From Escherichia coli (GTDB lineage: Bacteria > Pseudomonadota > Gammaproteobacteria > Enterobacterales > Enterobacteriaceae): 64,000 nucleotides of DNA. Of the stretch, positions 44,530-56,810 are shown piece after piece. Under the pieces are notes generated by a model. It was not told the origin of the DNA. It made no database searches and saw only the letters and a program-made list of their open reading frames with translations. Position 1 is the stretch's first letter. Each line of letters opens with the position of its first letter. The stretch lies in NCBI RefSeq assembly GCF_044324785.1, contig NZ_CP172127.1; one strand, given 5' to 3'. Made by a program: the position numbers and the translations under genes.

Positions 44530-47205
44530 TTACTTCAACATATTACGAATGACATAATGCAAAATGCCGTCGTTCTGGTAGTAGGTCAACTCCGTCGCGG
44601 TGTCGATACGACAACGGCAGGGTACGACTTCCTGGCTACCATCCGCGCGCGTAAGCGTCACCGGAACCGTCGCGCCGGGTTGTAGATTTTGCAGATCGCC
44701 AATATCAATCTTCTCTTCCCCGGTTAGCTCTAACGTTTTACGCGTCACGCCTTGCGGAAATTCCAGCGGCAGGATGCCCATGCCAATTAAATTCGAGCGG
44801 TGAATTCGTTCAAACGATTCGGCAATCACAACACGAATACCAAGCAGACGCGGACCTTTTGCCGCCCAGTCACGGCTGGAGCCTGATCCATACTCTTTAC
44901 CGGCAATCACCGCCAGCGGCGTTTGCTCCTGCTTATAGCGCATCGCGGCATCATAAATAGAGATGACCTCGCTGTCAGGTAAATGCCGCGTCATCCCCCC
45001 TTCAACGCCAGGCACCATTTCATTACGGATGCGAATATTGGCGAAGGTGCCGCGCATCATCACTTCATGGTTACCACGCCGCGAACCGTAGGAGTTAAAG
45101 TCTTTGCGCTCAACACCCCGACCTTGTAGATATCGCCCCGCCGGGCTATCGGGCTTAATGCTGCCCGCCGGAGAGATATGGTCAGTGGTGACCGAATCCC
45201 CCAGCATTGCGAGGATCCGCGCACCGTGAATATCTTCCACAGGTGCTGGTGTTGCCTGCATTTCATCAAAGAAAGGCGATAAGCGAATATAGGTTGAATC
45301 TTCCTGCCAACCGTAGGTATCGGATCGTGTGACGTTAATTTCCTTCCACTCTGCTGTGCCTTCAAAAACTTCTGCGTACTCTTTGCGGAACATTTCTGTG
45401 GAGACTTGTTCTACCGCACGGGCAATTTCTTGTGCCGAGGGCCAGATATCTTTCAGATATACCGGGTCGCCTTTACGATCGTGACCAATAGGCTCAGAAG
45501 CGAGGTTAATATTCATATTTCCCGCCAGCGCATAGGCAACCACCAGCGGCGGCGAGGCCAGCCAGTTAGTTTTAACCAGCGGATGGATACGGCCTTCAAA
45601 GTTACGGTTGCCGGACAGCACCGCACCGACGGTTAAATCACCTTTTTTGATTGCCGTTTCGATAGGATCGGGCAATGGACCAGAGTTACCAATACAGGTG
45701 GTACAACCGTATCCCACAAGGTTAAATCCCAGTTCATCGAGATACGGTGTCAGTTTCGCTTTTGCCAGATAATCAGAAACGACTTTCGAGCCTGGTGCCA
45801 GCGACGCTTTGACCCACGGTTGCCGCTTGAGGCCCAGAGTTACAGCTTTTTTCGCCAGCAAACCTGCGGCCATCAGCACACTTGGGTTAGAGGTGTTGGT
45901 GCACGACGTTATCGCAGCAATGACCACCGCGCCATCAGGTAACTGATACTGATGTCCATTCATAACATAATCGACCGGCTGGCGATCTTTATGCGTGGCA
46001 TTCACTTCCAGTTCGTTACTGGCGGCAAATGCTTTTGGTACATCGGGCAGTGCAACGCGATCCTGTGGGCGTTTTGGCCCTGCCAGGCTCGCTTCAACGT
46101 CATTCATATCCAGTTCTAACGTACTGGTAAAAATCGGTTCATCGCCCGGGTTACGCCACATGCCCTGCGCTTTGGCATATTTTTCGACCAACTCGACCTG
46201 ATCTTCGCTGCGCCCGCTTAAACGCATGTAATCGAGGGTTACAGCATCGATTGGGAAGAAGCCACAGGTGGCACCATATTCTGGCGACATATTGGCAATG
46301 GTGGCGCGATCCGCCAACGGTAGTGAATCCAGACCATCACCATAAAATTCGACGAATTTCCCCACCACGCCATGTTTGCGCAGCATTTGGGTAACAGTGA
46401 GAACCAGGTCTGTGGCGGTAATACCTTCACGTAATTTTCCGGTAAGTTTAAAGCCCACTACGTCCGGGATAAGCATGGAAACCGGCTGGCCTAACATTGC
46501 GGCTTCGGCTTCGATGCCACCCACGCCCCACCCCAGCACGCCAAGGCCGTTGATCATGGTGGTGTGCGAGTCAGTACCAACGAGTGTATCCGGATAAGCA
46601 ATCCATTCACCGTCCTGCAATTCGCTCCACACTGCTTTGCCGAGATATTCGAGGTTAACCTGATGGCAAATGCCTGTGCCTGGCGGCACGACGCTAAAAC
46701 GACTGAACGCCTGCTTTCCCCATTTCAGGAACACATAACGTTCGTGGTTGCGCTCCATTTCCAGGCGCACGTTTTCTTCAAATGCCTCATCATCACCAAA
46801 ACGATCGACGGTCACCGAGTGGTCAATGACCAGGTCGACCGGTGAGAGCGGGTTAACCTTTGCAGTATCGCCGCCGAGGCGTTTAACCGCTTCGCGCATT
46901 GCCGCCAGATCAACAACGGCAGGTACGCCGGTAAAGTCCTGCATCAGCACCCTTGCCGGGCGGTAGGCAATTTCACGGTCAGCATGGGCATTTTTCAGCC
47001 ATCCCGCCAGCGCGTAGATATCCTCTTCGGTAACCGAGTTACCATCCTGCCAGCGCAGCAGGTTTTCGAGCAAAACTTTGAGTGACTTAGGCAGACGGGT
47101 GATATCGCCCAGTGATTTGGCAGCAAGCGGCAGGCTGTAGTAGTGGTAAGTTTTATCTTTGGCCTGCAACGTGTCCTTACTGGCTTCTCGTAGGGTTGAC
47201 GACAT
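44530..47205 (-). CDS. acnA: Aconitate hydratase A
   Basis: 891 aa. Confidence 0.95.
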   Translation of the reverse strand: MSSTLREASKDTLQAKDKTYHYYSLPLAAKSLGDITRLPKSLKVLLENLLRWQDGNSVTEEDIYALAGWLKNAHADREIAYRPARVLMQDFTGVPAVVDLAAMREAVKRLGGDTAKVNPLSPVDLVIDHSVTVDRFGDDEAFEENVRLEMERNHERYVFLKWGKQAFSRFSVVPPGTGICHQVNLEYLGKAVWSELQDGEWIAYPDTLVGTDSHTTMINGLGVLGWGVGGIEAEAAMLGQPVSMLIPDVVGFKLTGKLREGITATDLVLTVTQMLRKHGVVGKFVEFYGDGLDSLPLADRATIANMSPEYGATCGFFPIDAVTLDYMRLSGRSEDQVELVEKYAKAQGMWRNPGDEPIFTSTLELDMNDVEASLAGPKRPQDRVALPDVPKAFAASNELEVNATHKDRQPVDYVMNGHQYQLPDGAVVIAAITSCTNTSNPSVLMAAGLLAKKAVTLGLKRQPWVKASLAPGSKVVSDYLAKAKLTPYLDELGFNLVGYGCTTCIGNSGPLPDPIETAIKKGDLTVGAVLSGNRNFEGRIHPLVKTNWLASPPLVVAYALAGNMNINLASEPIGHDRKGDPVYLKDIWPSAQEIARAVEQVSTEMFRKEYAEVFEGTAEWKEINVTRSDTYGWQEDSTYIRLSPFFDEMQATPAPVEDIHGARILAMLGDSVTTDHISPAGSIKPDSPAGRYLQGRGVERKDFNSYGSRRGNHEVMMRGTFANIRIRNEMVPGVEGGMTRHLPDSEVISIYDAAMRYKQEQTPLAVIAGKEYGSGSSRDWAAKGPRLLGIRVVIAESFERIHRSNLIGMGILPLEFPQGVTRKTLELTGEEKIDIGDLQNLQPGATVPVTLTRADGSQEVVPCRCRIDTATELTYYQNDGILHYVIRNMLK

Positions 47206-47577
47206 AGCTCCTCCTTAATGACAGGGTTGCGAAGCCCTGATTCTCTTCAGGGTGAATATTAAAGATAACACAAACACCGCGTAACGATTTGATAACAACC
47301 CAAATTGATAAAAGAGGAGAATCCTTGTGGCAAAGCAAATGAAAACCCCGCCGCAGCGGGGTCAGGGATCAGTGAGTAATGATCCAGAGGAGTTCGGCCC
47401 AGAAGAGCATCGACAGAGAAAATGCGCCCATCCAGGACCAATATTTCATATTTGTGTTGATCATAGGCTACACCCTTAACGGTTATTACTTTGTGTTGAG
47501 ATAACTCAACCTGTTATTGCTGCGGTGTATTAAAAGCCCTTTAATTCATTAAAAATGGGTAATAAGAATGATGATAA

Positions 47578-47745
47578 TTATTGTTTCGGCTGATCATCTT
47601 CAGCAAACAGTTCTATAAAGGCTTGCTGCTGCGTTGTTAGTTGCCAGTCGTCTGGAATAACGACGGAACATTCCCGTTTCGTTTCTGGTTCATTGTCACT
47701 ATGCTGACATAATGGTGACGACTCCAGTTGCTCCTGACCGACCAT
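47578..47745 (-). CDS. yciX: Small protein YciX
   Basis: 55 aa from MVGQEQLESSPL; start 2 bp downstream of the ymiA stop. Confidence 0.7.
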   Translation of the reverse strand: MVGQEQLESSPLCQHSDNEPETKRECSVVIPDDWQLTTQQQAFIELFAEDDQPKQ

Positions 47746-47747
47746 AG

Positions 47748-47876
47748 TTATCCCCACACTTTCCAAATCAGCAGTGCGACAACCACCCAGAAAAGAGCAG
47801 AACCAAGAAATACCGCCAGCCAGGCTTTGCGTTTTAATTCAGGGTCCCGGCGGGGTTCCTGATTTCCAGAAGGCAT
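47748..47876 (-). CDS. ymiA: Small membrane protein YmiA
   Basis: 42-aa ORF MPSGNQEPRRDPELKRKAWLAVFLGSALFWVVVALLIWKVWG found by manual translation; below the ORF-track size cut-off. Confidence 0.65.
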   Translation of the reverse strand: MPSGNQEPRRDPELKRKAWLAVFLGSALFWVVVALLIWKVWG

Positions 47877-48206
47877 TGCTAACCTCATATAATCGCCATC
47901 ACTTATCAGCAAGACGTTGAACGATTGGTGTAATTAATCATACGATGAGACAAATCCTAAAGAAACTTTAGTCAAAAATCCAGCGAATTTACGAATCGTC
48001 TCCAGTGAATAATTCAATCTTTTGACCTGAAATAGATATTTGAAAACTGGAGTTTGCGAGGCGGGTAATTAGACACTACTTTACAGGTAATTTACCCTAT
48101 AAATATGAGGGATAAAAATATTGTGCACGGTATACAAATAAGCAACAAAAGAGAATATATTCCGGCACCTTCGCTACATAAAAGGTGCCGAAAATAACGC
48201 AAGAAA

Positions 48207-49205
<999 letters not shown>

Positions 49206-49332
49206 TCAGAACATCGTTTTTTCGTCACACCTGGCGGGTGACTAATACGATTTAATAATAAAAAAGGTGCTAACTATAACCACTATATCATTTATAGCCT
49301 TAGTGTATAGGTGTGAAGAAAAAATAATATGC

Positions 49333-49364
49333 AATAAAAAAGGGCCGCTTTCGCGACCCTTTGT
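49333..49364 (-). terminator. Rho-independent terminator after topA
   Basis: AAAGGGCCGC-tttc-GCGACCCTTTG with a T-run on the minus strand. Confidence 0.6.
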
Positions 49365-49390
49365 TTATAAAAACCTGACAGAATTAAAGG

Positions 49391-51988
49391 TTATTTTTTC
49401 CCTTCAACCCATTTGCCATCAACATAAAATGCTGACCAGCCAGTCGCCTTTCCGTCTTTTTCCGAAGAGACATATTGCTGTTTGGTTTTACGGCTAAAGC
49501 GAACCATGGTCTTATTACCTTCCGGATCCTGCTGTGGCGCATCGGCCAGATAACGCAGTTTTTCCGGCAGACGGTCGCGGAAGCGATAAAGCTCTTCCAC
49601 CAATGGCGCACGTGTTTCACGCGATTTCGGGAAGGTATTGGCCGCCAGGAACACACCGGCAGCACCGTCACGCAGCACGAAATAAGCATCTGATTTTTCG
49701 CACGGCAGCTCCGGTAATGGCACCGGATCTTCCTTCGGTGGTGCCACTTCGCCGTTACGTAAAATCTTACGTGTGTTTTTACACTCTTCGTTAGTGCAGG
49801 CCATGTATTTACCGAAACGCCCCATTTTCAGGTGCATTTCAGAGCCACATTTTTCACACTCAACGATCGGGCCGTCATAACCTTTAATGCGGAATTCGCC
49901 CTCTTCGATCTCGTAACCGTCGCAGGTTGGGTTATTACCACAGACATGCAACTTACGTTTCGGATCGATGAGATAGCTGTCCATCGCCGTGCCGCATTTC
50001 GGGCAACGACGTTTTGCGCGCAGCGCGTTGGTTTCAGCGTCTTCACCTTCCAGCACGTTCAGCACTTCGTTTTCCGGCACCAGGTTGATGGTGGTTTTGC
50101 AACGCTCTTTCGGTGGCAGAGCGTAGCCGGAACAGCCAAGGAATACCCCGGTGCTCGCTGTGCGAATCCCCATTTTGCGACCACAAGTCGGGCAGTCAAT
50201 GCTGGTCAGAACCATCTGGTTCGGACGCATCCCCCCCTCTTCCGGATCTTTTTCCGCTTTATCTAACTGCAGGGTGAAATCCGAGAAGAAGTGATCCAGT
50301 ACAGCTTTCCACTCTGCTTCGTGATTTGCCACCTGGTCGAGGCTGTTTTCCATCTGCGCGGTAAAGTCGTAGTTCATTAACTCACGGAAATTTTCTTCCA
50401 AGCGATCGGTGACAATTTCACCCATTTTTTCCGCGTAGAAACGACGATTTTCTACTCGCACATAGCCACGATCCTGAATGGTCGAAATGATCGACGCATA
50501 GGTAGACGGACGACCGATGCCGCGTTTTTCCAGCTCTTTAACCAACGATGCTTCACTGAAACGCGCTGGCGGCTTGGTAAAGTGCTGGGCTGGTGTCAGT
50601 TCAACGAGTGTCAAAGCATCGCCTTTATCGACTGCCGGTAAGATACGATCTTCATCGCCTTTACGCAGTGCAGGCATCACTTTCGTCCAGCCATCAAAGC
50701 GCAAAATACGACCGCGTGCTTTCAGGCGGAAATCGCCCGCACCAACGGTCAGCGTCGTGGAGTCATATTTCGCTGGGGTCATCTGGCAGGCAACGAACTG
50801 ACGCCAGATTAACTGGTACAGTTTCTGCGCATCTGCTTCCATATCCTTCAGCGATTCCGCCATCACATTGACGTCAGAAGGACGAATCGCTTCGTGCGCT
50901 TCCTGTGAGTTTTCTTTGCTGGCGTACTGATTCGGACTTTCCGGCAGATATTTCTTACCAAAATTATCGCTGATATAACCGCGAACCATATTTACCGCGT
51001 CCTGACTCAGGTTAGTGGAGTCGGTACGCATGTAAGTGATATAGCCTGCTTCATACAAACGCTGCGCCATCATCATGGTTTTTTTCACGCCAAATCCAAG
51101 ACGGGTGCTGGCAGCTTGTTGCAGCGTAGAGGTAATAAAAGGAGCGCCAGGTTTACTGGTTGTCGGTTTGTCTTCACGTTCCAGCACGCTGTAGCGCGCT
51201 TTTTCCAGCAGACTTACCGCAGCCTGAGTTTGTTCTTTGTTGACCGGACGGAACGGTTTGTCGTTCTGATGAGTCACCTGCAACGCCAACGCTTCACCAG
51301 ATGGCGTGGTCGTGCTGGCATCGACTTCCCAGAACTCTTCCGGCACGAACGCTTTAATTTCACGCTCACGCTCGACCACCAGGCGAACCGCCACCGACTG
51401 CACACGACCTGCAGACAGACCACGAGCGATCTTTTTCCACAGCAGCGGCGAAACCATATATCCCACCACGCGGTCCATAAAGCGACGCGCCTGCTGGGCA
51501 TTAACACGATCAATATTCAGCTCACCTGGTTTGTTAAATGCCTGGCGGATCGCGTTTTTAGTAATTTCGTTAAACACCACTCGGCTATAGCGCGCATCAT
51601 CACCACCAATCACTTCCCGCAGGTGCCATGCAATGGCTTCCCCTTCGCGGTCAAGGTCGGTTGCGAGATAGATGTGGTCTGCTTTTTCAGCCAGTTGTTT
51701 CAGTTCAGAGACGACCTTCTCTTTACCAGGCAACACTTCATAGTGCGCCTCCCAATTGTGCCACGGGTCAACCCCCATACGGTTGACGAGAGCGCCACGT
51801 TCATCCTTTTTAGGCTTTTTAGCCGTCTTGGTGGAGGTAGAGTCGGCACTCTTTTTGGCAGCTGAGCCACTGGTCGGCAAATCACGGATGTGACCGACGC
51901 TGGATTTCACCACGTAGTCACTACCCAGATACTTGTTGATCGTTTTGGCTTTTGCCGGGGACTCAACGATGACAAGAGCTTTACCCAT
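49391..51988 (-). CDS. topA: DNA topoisomerase I
   Basis: 865 aa from [16 protein letters not shown]; C-terminal zinc-ribbon repeats. Confidence 0.95.
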   Translation of the reverse strand: MGKALVIVESPAKAKTINKYLGSDYVVKSSVGHIRDLPTSGSAAKKSADSTSTKTAKKPKKDERGALVNRMGVDPWHNWEAHYEVLPGKEKVVSELKQLAEKADHIYLATDLDREGEAIAWHLREVIGGDDARYSRVVFNEITKNAIRQAFNKPGELNIDRVNAQQARRFMDRVVGYMVSPLLWKKIARGLSAGRVQSVAVRLVVEREREIKAFVPEEFWEVDASTTTPSGEALALQVTHQNDKPFRPVNKEQTQAAVSLLEKARYSVLEREDKPTTSKPGAPFITSTLQQAASTRLGFGVKKTMMMAQRLYEAGYITYMRTDSTNLSQDAVNMVRGYISDNFGKKYLPESPNQYASKENSQEAHEAIRPSDVNVMAESLKDMEADAQKLYQLIWRQFVACQMTPAKYDSTTLTVGAGDFRLKARGRILRFDGWTKVMPALRKGDEDRILPAVDKGDALTLVELTPAQHFTKPPARFSEASLVKELEKRGIGRPSTYASIISTIQDRGYVRVENRRFYAEKMGEIVTDRLEENFRELMNYDFTAQMENSLDQVANHEAEWKAVLDHFFSDFTLQLDKAEKDPEEGGMRPNQMVLTSIDCPTCGRKMGIRTASTGVFLGCSGYALPPKERCKTTINLVPENEVLNVLEGEDAETNALRAKRRCPKCGTAMDSYLIDPKRKLHVCGNNPTCDGYEIEEGEFRIKGYDGPIVECEKCGSEMHLKMGRFGKYMACTNEECKNTRKILRNGEVAPPKEDPVPLPELPCEKSDAYFVLRDGAAGVFLAANTFPKSRETRAPLVEELYRFRDRLPEKLRYLADAPQQDPEGNKTMVRFSRKTKQQYVSSEKDGKATGWSAFYVDGKWVEGKK

Positions 51989-52367
51989 ATTCACCTTACC
52001 TAATTTGATTCTTCCAGGAATGCGTCGCACGTTGATAAACCTTCCACTGGCAACGAGTTACCGATATGGACTCGTTCTCTGTGGTTATCAACCCCTTGTC
52101 GTGACTCTGTTCACGAAAATTCAGGTGACTGAGTTAACAGGTCTTGGCCTACAGGCGCTATAGCACGACGGAATTTTGGTCGAATGTCAAGCAAATCTAT
52201 TGCCAGATTGACGAAAGCGTCACACTGTACCTGATAAAATCCGATACGCAACTTTATTAGCATGCAAAATCCAAAGTTGCCAGTAAGGCGCTCTTGCCAC
52301 CAGCGTGGTATATTTGTCTGCAAGCCATGCCTGGCGTAGACTAATGTCCTTGTTTAAGGAGTAAATA

Positions 52368-52619
52368 ATGAACAAAGAGACACAACCCATCGACCGCGAG
52401 ACGCTGTTGAAAGAGGCCAACAAAATCATTCGTGAGCATGAGGATACGCTCGCAGGGATTGAAGCCACCGGCGTCACGCAGCGTAATGGCGTGCTAGTAT
52501 TTACCGGCGACTACTTTTTAGATGAACAAGGATTGCCAACAGCCAAAAGCACCGCGGTGTTTAATATGTTCAAACACCTGGCCCATGTGCTTTCAGAAAA
52601 ATATCATCTGGTTGATTAA
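52368..52619 (+). CDS. yciN: Small protein YciN
   Basis: 83 aa. Confidence 0.85.
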
Positions 52620-52623
52620 AACA

Positions 52624-52648
52624 AAACGCGAGGTCTTAGCCTCGCGTT
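52624..52648. terminator. Bidirectional terminator between the convergent yciN and sohB genes
   Basis: AACGCGAGG-tctta-GCCTCGCGTT (9-bp perfect stem). Confidence 0.75.
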
Positions 52649-52654
52649 TGTCTT

Positions 52655-53704
52655 TTACATCAATGGCTTTTGACCCCGCTGCCACCAGCGTAGCAACAAT
52701 CGATCGGCGCTCTCTGCCGCGCTGCCGGTGAATCGGTCAATGAGTCGTTTACGCTGCATATAGCGTACATTGACCACTTCACGGCCTTCCATCAGGCTAA
52801 GAATAACTTCATCACTGGTGTTGATTTCATCAACCAGGCCTTTCTCTACCGCCTGTTGTCCGTACCAGTGTTCACCCGTTGCCACCTGTTCAATATCCAG
52901 AGACGGACGCATACGCTTCACAAAATCTTTAAATAACTGATGCGTTTCGTTCAGCTCTTCGCGGAATTTCTCCCGCCCTTCTTCGGTGTTTTCACCCAGC
53001 AAGGTCAGCGTGCGCTTATACTGCCCGGCGGTGTGCAGTTCGATATCAATATCTTTGCTTTTCAGGAAGCGGTTAAAGTTGGGCATTTGTGCCACCACGC
53101 CAATGGAACCCACAATAGCAAACGGTGCGGAAACAATTTTGTCCGCCACACAGGCCATCATGTAACCGCCGCTGGCAGCGACTTTGTCTACCGTAACAGT
53201 TAAAGGAATGTTTTTATCACGCAGACGCTGCAGCTGCGAAGCCGCCAACCCGTAACCATGCACCATGCCACCAGGGCTTTCCAGACGGAGCACAACCTGA
53301 TCCTGCGGTTTGAATGCTGCGAGTACCGCCGTTATCTCTTCACGTAGCGAGTTCACTTCATGGGCGTCCATGCTGCCTTTAAAATCCAGCACCCAGACGC
53401 GAGGTTTACTGTCAGTTGCCACCTCGCCCAGTTTGGCTTTCGCTTTTGCTGCTTTCGCTTCTTGCTTGTGCTTTTTCTTCTGCGCTTTGTGCCACTGTTT
53501 TTGCTGATGTGAGTCCATCAGCGCCGCGGCCAGTTCTTCTTTCATCTCCTTATACTGTTCGCTGAGATTGTTGACCCGTAACTCGCCACGCTGGCGTTTA
53601 TTACGTTGAGCAACATTGACAATAATGGCGGCAATCGCCGCAATCGCTAGCACAACGGTAACGATTTTCGCCAAAAACAAACCATATTCAGACAACAATT
53701 CCAC
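52655..53704 (-). CDS. sohB: Inner-membrane S49 peptidase SohB
   Basis: 349 aa. Confidence 0.9.
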   Translation of the reverse strand: MELLSEYGLFLAKIVTVVLAIAAIAAIIVNVAQRNKRQRGELRVNNLSEQYKEMKEELAAALMDSHQQKQWHKAQKKKHKQEAKAAKAKAKLGEVATDSKPRVWVLDFKGSMDAHEVNSLREEITAVLAAFKPQDQVVLRLESPGGMVHGYGLAASQLQRLRDKNIPLTVTVDKVAASGGYMMACVADKIVSAPFAIVGSIGVVAQMPNFNRFLKSKDIDIELHTAGQYKRTLTLLGENTEEGREKFREELNETHQLFKDFVKRMRPSLDIEQVATGEHWYGQQAVEKGLVDEINTSDEVILSLMEGREVVNVRYMQRKRLIDRFTGSAAESADRLLLRWWQRGQKPLM

Positions 53705-53923
53705 GAGTCCCCACCTTGGTTAAACAACGCTTTGGCTCACAGTTTACAACAGGCATGTTAAGCCGTCTCGCAGAGATGTTATTGCAGCGAAAGTATGACA
53801 AAGTATCCATTTTGCGGTGTTATCGCCCCAGGCTGATTGAAATGCCCTTCTGTTTCAGGCATAAAGCCCCAAAGTCATAAAGTACACTGGCAGCGCGACA
53901 GACAACGTCGTTGAGGAGTAGCC

Positions 53924-54682
53924 ATGCATTACCAGCCAAAACAAGATTTACTCAATGATCGCATTATCCTGGTGACGGGAGCCAGTGATGGTATTGGTCG
54001 TGAAGCCGCGATGACGTATGCACGCTATGGTGCGACAGTGATTCTGTTGGGCCGTAATGAAGAAAAATTACGTCAGGTAGCCAGCCACATAAACGAAGAA
54101 ACTGGGCGTCAGCCACAGTGGTTTATTCTCGATTTGCTGACCTGCACGTCCGAAGATTGCCAACAACTGGCACAGCGCATTGCCGTTAATTATCCACGCC
54201 TGGATGGTGTTTTGCATAATGCCGGATTGCTCGGCGATGTTTGCCCAATGAGCGAACAAAATCCGCAGGTCTGGCAGGACGTCATGCAGGTCAACGTTAA
54301 TGCCACCTTTATGCTCACCCAGGCACTGCTTCCTTTATTACTCAAATCGGACGCCGGTTCACTGGTCTTTACTTCATCAAGCGTTGGACGTCAGGGACGA
54401 GCCAACTGGGGCGCATATGCAGCGTCGAAATTTGCCACCGAAGGGATGATGCAGGTACTGGCCGATGAATATCAGCAGCGCCTGCGCGTCAACTGCATTA
54501 ACCCAGGCGGTACGCGCACCGCAATGCGTGCCAGCGCCTTTCCGACCGAAGATCCACAGAAACTTAAAACCCCCGCTGATATCATGCCGCTCTACCTCTG
54601 GCTGATGGGCGATGACAGCCGCCGTAAGACCGGCATGACCTTTGACGCCCAACCGGGCCGTAAACCAGGAATTTCCCAATGA
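53924..54682 (+). CDS. yciK: Short-chain dehydrogenase/reductase YciK
   Basis: 252 aa; TGASDGIG NAD(P)-binding motif. Confidence 0.9.
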   Translation: MHYQPKQDLLNDRIILVTGASDGIGREAAMTYARYGATVILLGRNEEKLRQVASHINEETGRQPQWFILDLLTCTSEDCQQLAQRIAVNYPRLDGVLHNAGLLGDVCPMSEQNPQVWQDVMQVNVNATFMLTQALLPLLLKSDAGSLVFTSSSVGRQGRANWGAYAASKFATEGMMQVLADEYQQRLRVNCINPGGTRTAMRASAFPTEDPQKLKTPADIMPLYLWLMGDDSRRKTGMTFDAQPGRKPGISQ

Positions 54683-55269
54683 GTGATGAACGCTACCAAC
54701 AGCGTCAGCAGCGAGTGAAAGAAAAAGTAGATGCTCGTGTGGCCCAGGCCCAGGATGAACGCGGTATTATCATCGTCTTTACCGGCAATGGAAAAGGCAA
54801 AACCACCGCGGCATTTGGTACGGCAACACGCGCAGTTGGTCACGGAAAAAAAGTGGGCGTCGTGCAGTTTATTAAAGGCACCTGGCCTAACGGCGAACGA
54901 AAACTGCTGGAACCACACGGCGTTGAATTTCAGGTGATGGCAACGGGCTTTACCTGGGATACACAAAATCGCGAATCTGATACCGCCGCCTGTCGCGAAG
55001 TCTGGCAACATGCAAAGCGGATGCTTGCCAATCCTTCACTGGATATGGTTTTGCTCGATGAGCTGACGTATATGGTGGCGTATGACTATTTGCCACTGAA
55101 AGAAGTGGTGCAGGCGTTAAATGAACGTCCAAATCAGCAAACTGTCATTATTACAGGTCGGGGCTGTCATCGGGATATTCTTGAACTGGCGGATACGGTG
55201 AGTGAATTGCGCCCCATCAAACATGCGTTTGATGCCGGTGTAAAAGCGCAGATAGGGATTGACTACTAA
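54679..55269 (+). CDS. btuR: Cob(I)alamin adenosyltransferase
   Basis: 196 aa; P-loop GNGKGKTTAA. Confidence 0.9.
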   Translation: MSDERYQQRQQRVKEKVDARVAQAQDERGIIIVFTGNGKGKTTAAFGTATRAVGHGKKVGVVQFIKGTWPNGERKLLEPHGVEFQVMATGFTWDTQNRESDTAACREVWQHAKRMLANPSLDMVLLDELTYMVAYDYLPLKEVVQALNERPNQQTVIITGRGCHRDILELADTVSELRPIKHAFDAGVKAQIGIDY

Positions 55270-55272
55270 GTG

Positions 55273-55306
55273 AAAGCACCTCAAAAGAAGCCTCTTGAGG
55301 TGCTTT
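55273..55306. terminator. Bidirectional stem-loop after btuR and after the convergent 102-aa ORF
   Basis: AAAGCACCTCAA ... TTGAGGTGCTTT. Confidence 0.7.
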
Positions 55307-55320
55307 AATCATGATTATAT

Positions 55321-55629
55321 TCAAGCGGCAATAGCGAAATTCAGAATACGTGTAATCTCATTCAAATGTCCCTGATATGCTTCATGATTCTCAGCGTCAA
55401 CATCTTCAATAAATAATATCAGTTCAGTAATTAACGCATTAGCATCGTCATAATTTATCCCGGCTAACTCTGGCGAAGTTTCAGTACCGTAGTTAATCGT
55501 CAGGTTGTTCATAACTGTGAGGATATGGATAAAATATTTATGACAAACATTACATGTGGTTTTATTACCCAAAGTATTATACAGCATATCAAGTAATGCC
55601 AGTATTCTACGGTTTTGCACATCGTTCAT
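55321..55629 (-). CDS. Hypothetical 102-aa cytoplasmic protein, no recognisable domain
   Basis: AGGAGG ribosome-binding site about 8 bp upstream; 10 bp downstream of the lipoprotein gene (operon); AT-rich. Confidence 0.6.
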   Translation of the reverse strand: MNDVQNRRILALLDMLYNTLGNKTTCNVCHKYFIHILTVMNNLTINYGTETSPELAGINYDDANALITELILFIEDVDAENHEAYQGHLNEITRILNFAIAA

Positions 55630-55639
55630 AAAAAGCCTC

Positions 55640-56641
55640 CTATAACATTATTCCGCTGGCAATAAGTAATTTTGCCAGCCCCTCAGACGCCTTTAACCCA
55701 CTAATGACCTGTGCGCGTAATATTTCATTTAATCTTTTTTGTTCAGCTGCCGTGCGTGTTTTATTAACGTATAAGCTTTTCAGATAATCACCCTTATCTA
55801 TAAAGGCATTTAAAGCCTCAATCGCAGGCATGGCAGGTGCCGATGCCTGTAGTCTGGTTTCATTCACATTGATTACTGAACTTAGAAACTCCTTCCTGTT
55901 TTTCAGAGTGTTAAACTCTGTATTCTTAGAGTTTTTAGATGCCGTATTATAATAAAACATATTATCATGCACATTCGCAAAGGTATAATTTTCAATCTTA
56001 TTGCTTTTTGTATAAATATCATTGCGCAAAACTGCCATGTTCTTTATAAGTCTTACCCAGTTTTCATCTACCGTTTTGCCTATTTTTCCAGAATTGACTT
56101 TAATTATATATAACTCATTGAAATAATTTACCAAATCTTTAACCGCTGCTGCAGATTGAGCTAAATCTTTGCTATGTGAAACACCAAGTAGTGTTTGTGC
56201 GTTGTTTGCGTGATCCAGAGCCTGTTTAAGTAATGCCACTTGCTGACTTTCCGTAGTTGCCATATCCTTTGTCAGAAGTTCCACATAAGCGCTCATGCTA
56301 TTAATGACTTCCATTGAAGCCAGTAATTTTTCTTTCTCGAAAGGGACTAATTGTACTTGTTTTGTATTTGGCCCTGAACGCTGGCATAATTTTCCGCCAT
56401 TCCCATCACCGCCTATATCAATGGTATAATCAGGTCGCAGGGCACAATCCGGATTAGTCGCGTAGAAATTAACAAGGAAGTTTTCACGAGAAGCATAGTA
56501 TTGTTTAAAGAAACTTGCATTCGCCGCTACTGCTTTGTTACCCGCAGTAATAACAGTTTCAGCTTGTTCGTTTTTCAATGCTTCAGTTGCACAACCTGAA
56601 AGCATTAACAGCGATAGAAATATTCCACTATATCTAATCAT
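55640..56641 (-). CDS. Hypothetical 333-aa lipoprotein, no recognisable domain
   Basis: Signal peptide with lipobox LSGC; GAGGTGG ribosome-binding site; AT-rich coding sequence unlike the flanking genes. Confidence 0.65.
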   Translation of the reverse strand: MIRYSGIFLSLLMLSGCATEALKNEQAETVITAGNKAVAANASFFKQYYASRENFLVNFYATNPDCALRPDYTIDIGGDGNGGKLCQRSGPNTKQVQLVPFEKEKLLASMEVINSMSAYVELLTKDMATTESQQVALLKQALDHANNAQTLLGVSHSKDLAQSAAAVKDLVNYFNELYIIKVNSGKIGKTVDENWVRLIKNMAVLRNDIYTKSNKIENYTFANVHDNMFYYNTASKNSKNTEFNTLKNRKEFLSSVINVNETRLQASAPAMPAIEALNAFIDKGDYLKSLYVNKTRTAAEQKRLNEILRAQVISGLKASEGLAKLLIASGIML

Positions 56642-56770
56642 AACCCACCTCTTGACGTTGAGTTTATCTCAGATAATTAAATAGTAATGTGGCTATTTCC
56701 GGGTATTATTCATAAGCAAGTATGAAATTAAATTAAAATACTGCGACTATTTATCATGCTTCAAATGAAG

Positions 56771-56795
56771 AAAAGGCCCCGCAGGGCCTTTATTT
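56771..56795 (-). terminator. Rho-independent terminator after rluB
   Basis: AAAGGCCC-cgca-GGGCCTTT with T-rich flanks on both strands. Confidence 0.75.
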
Positions 56796-56810
56796 TATAC
56801 TTATCTTAAA

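Noticed and set aside
48163-48191. Hairpin CGGCACCTT...AAGGTGCCG downstream of cysB as a terminator
   Set aside because: Stem is good but no convincing T-run on either strand, so left uncalled.
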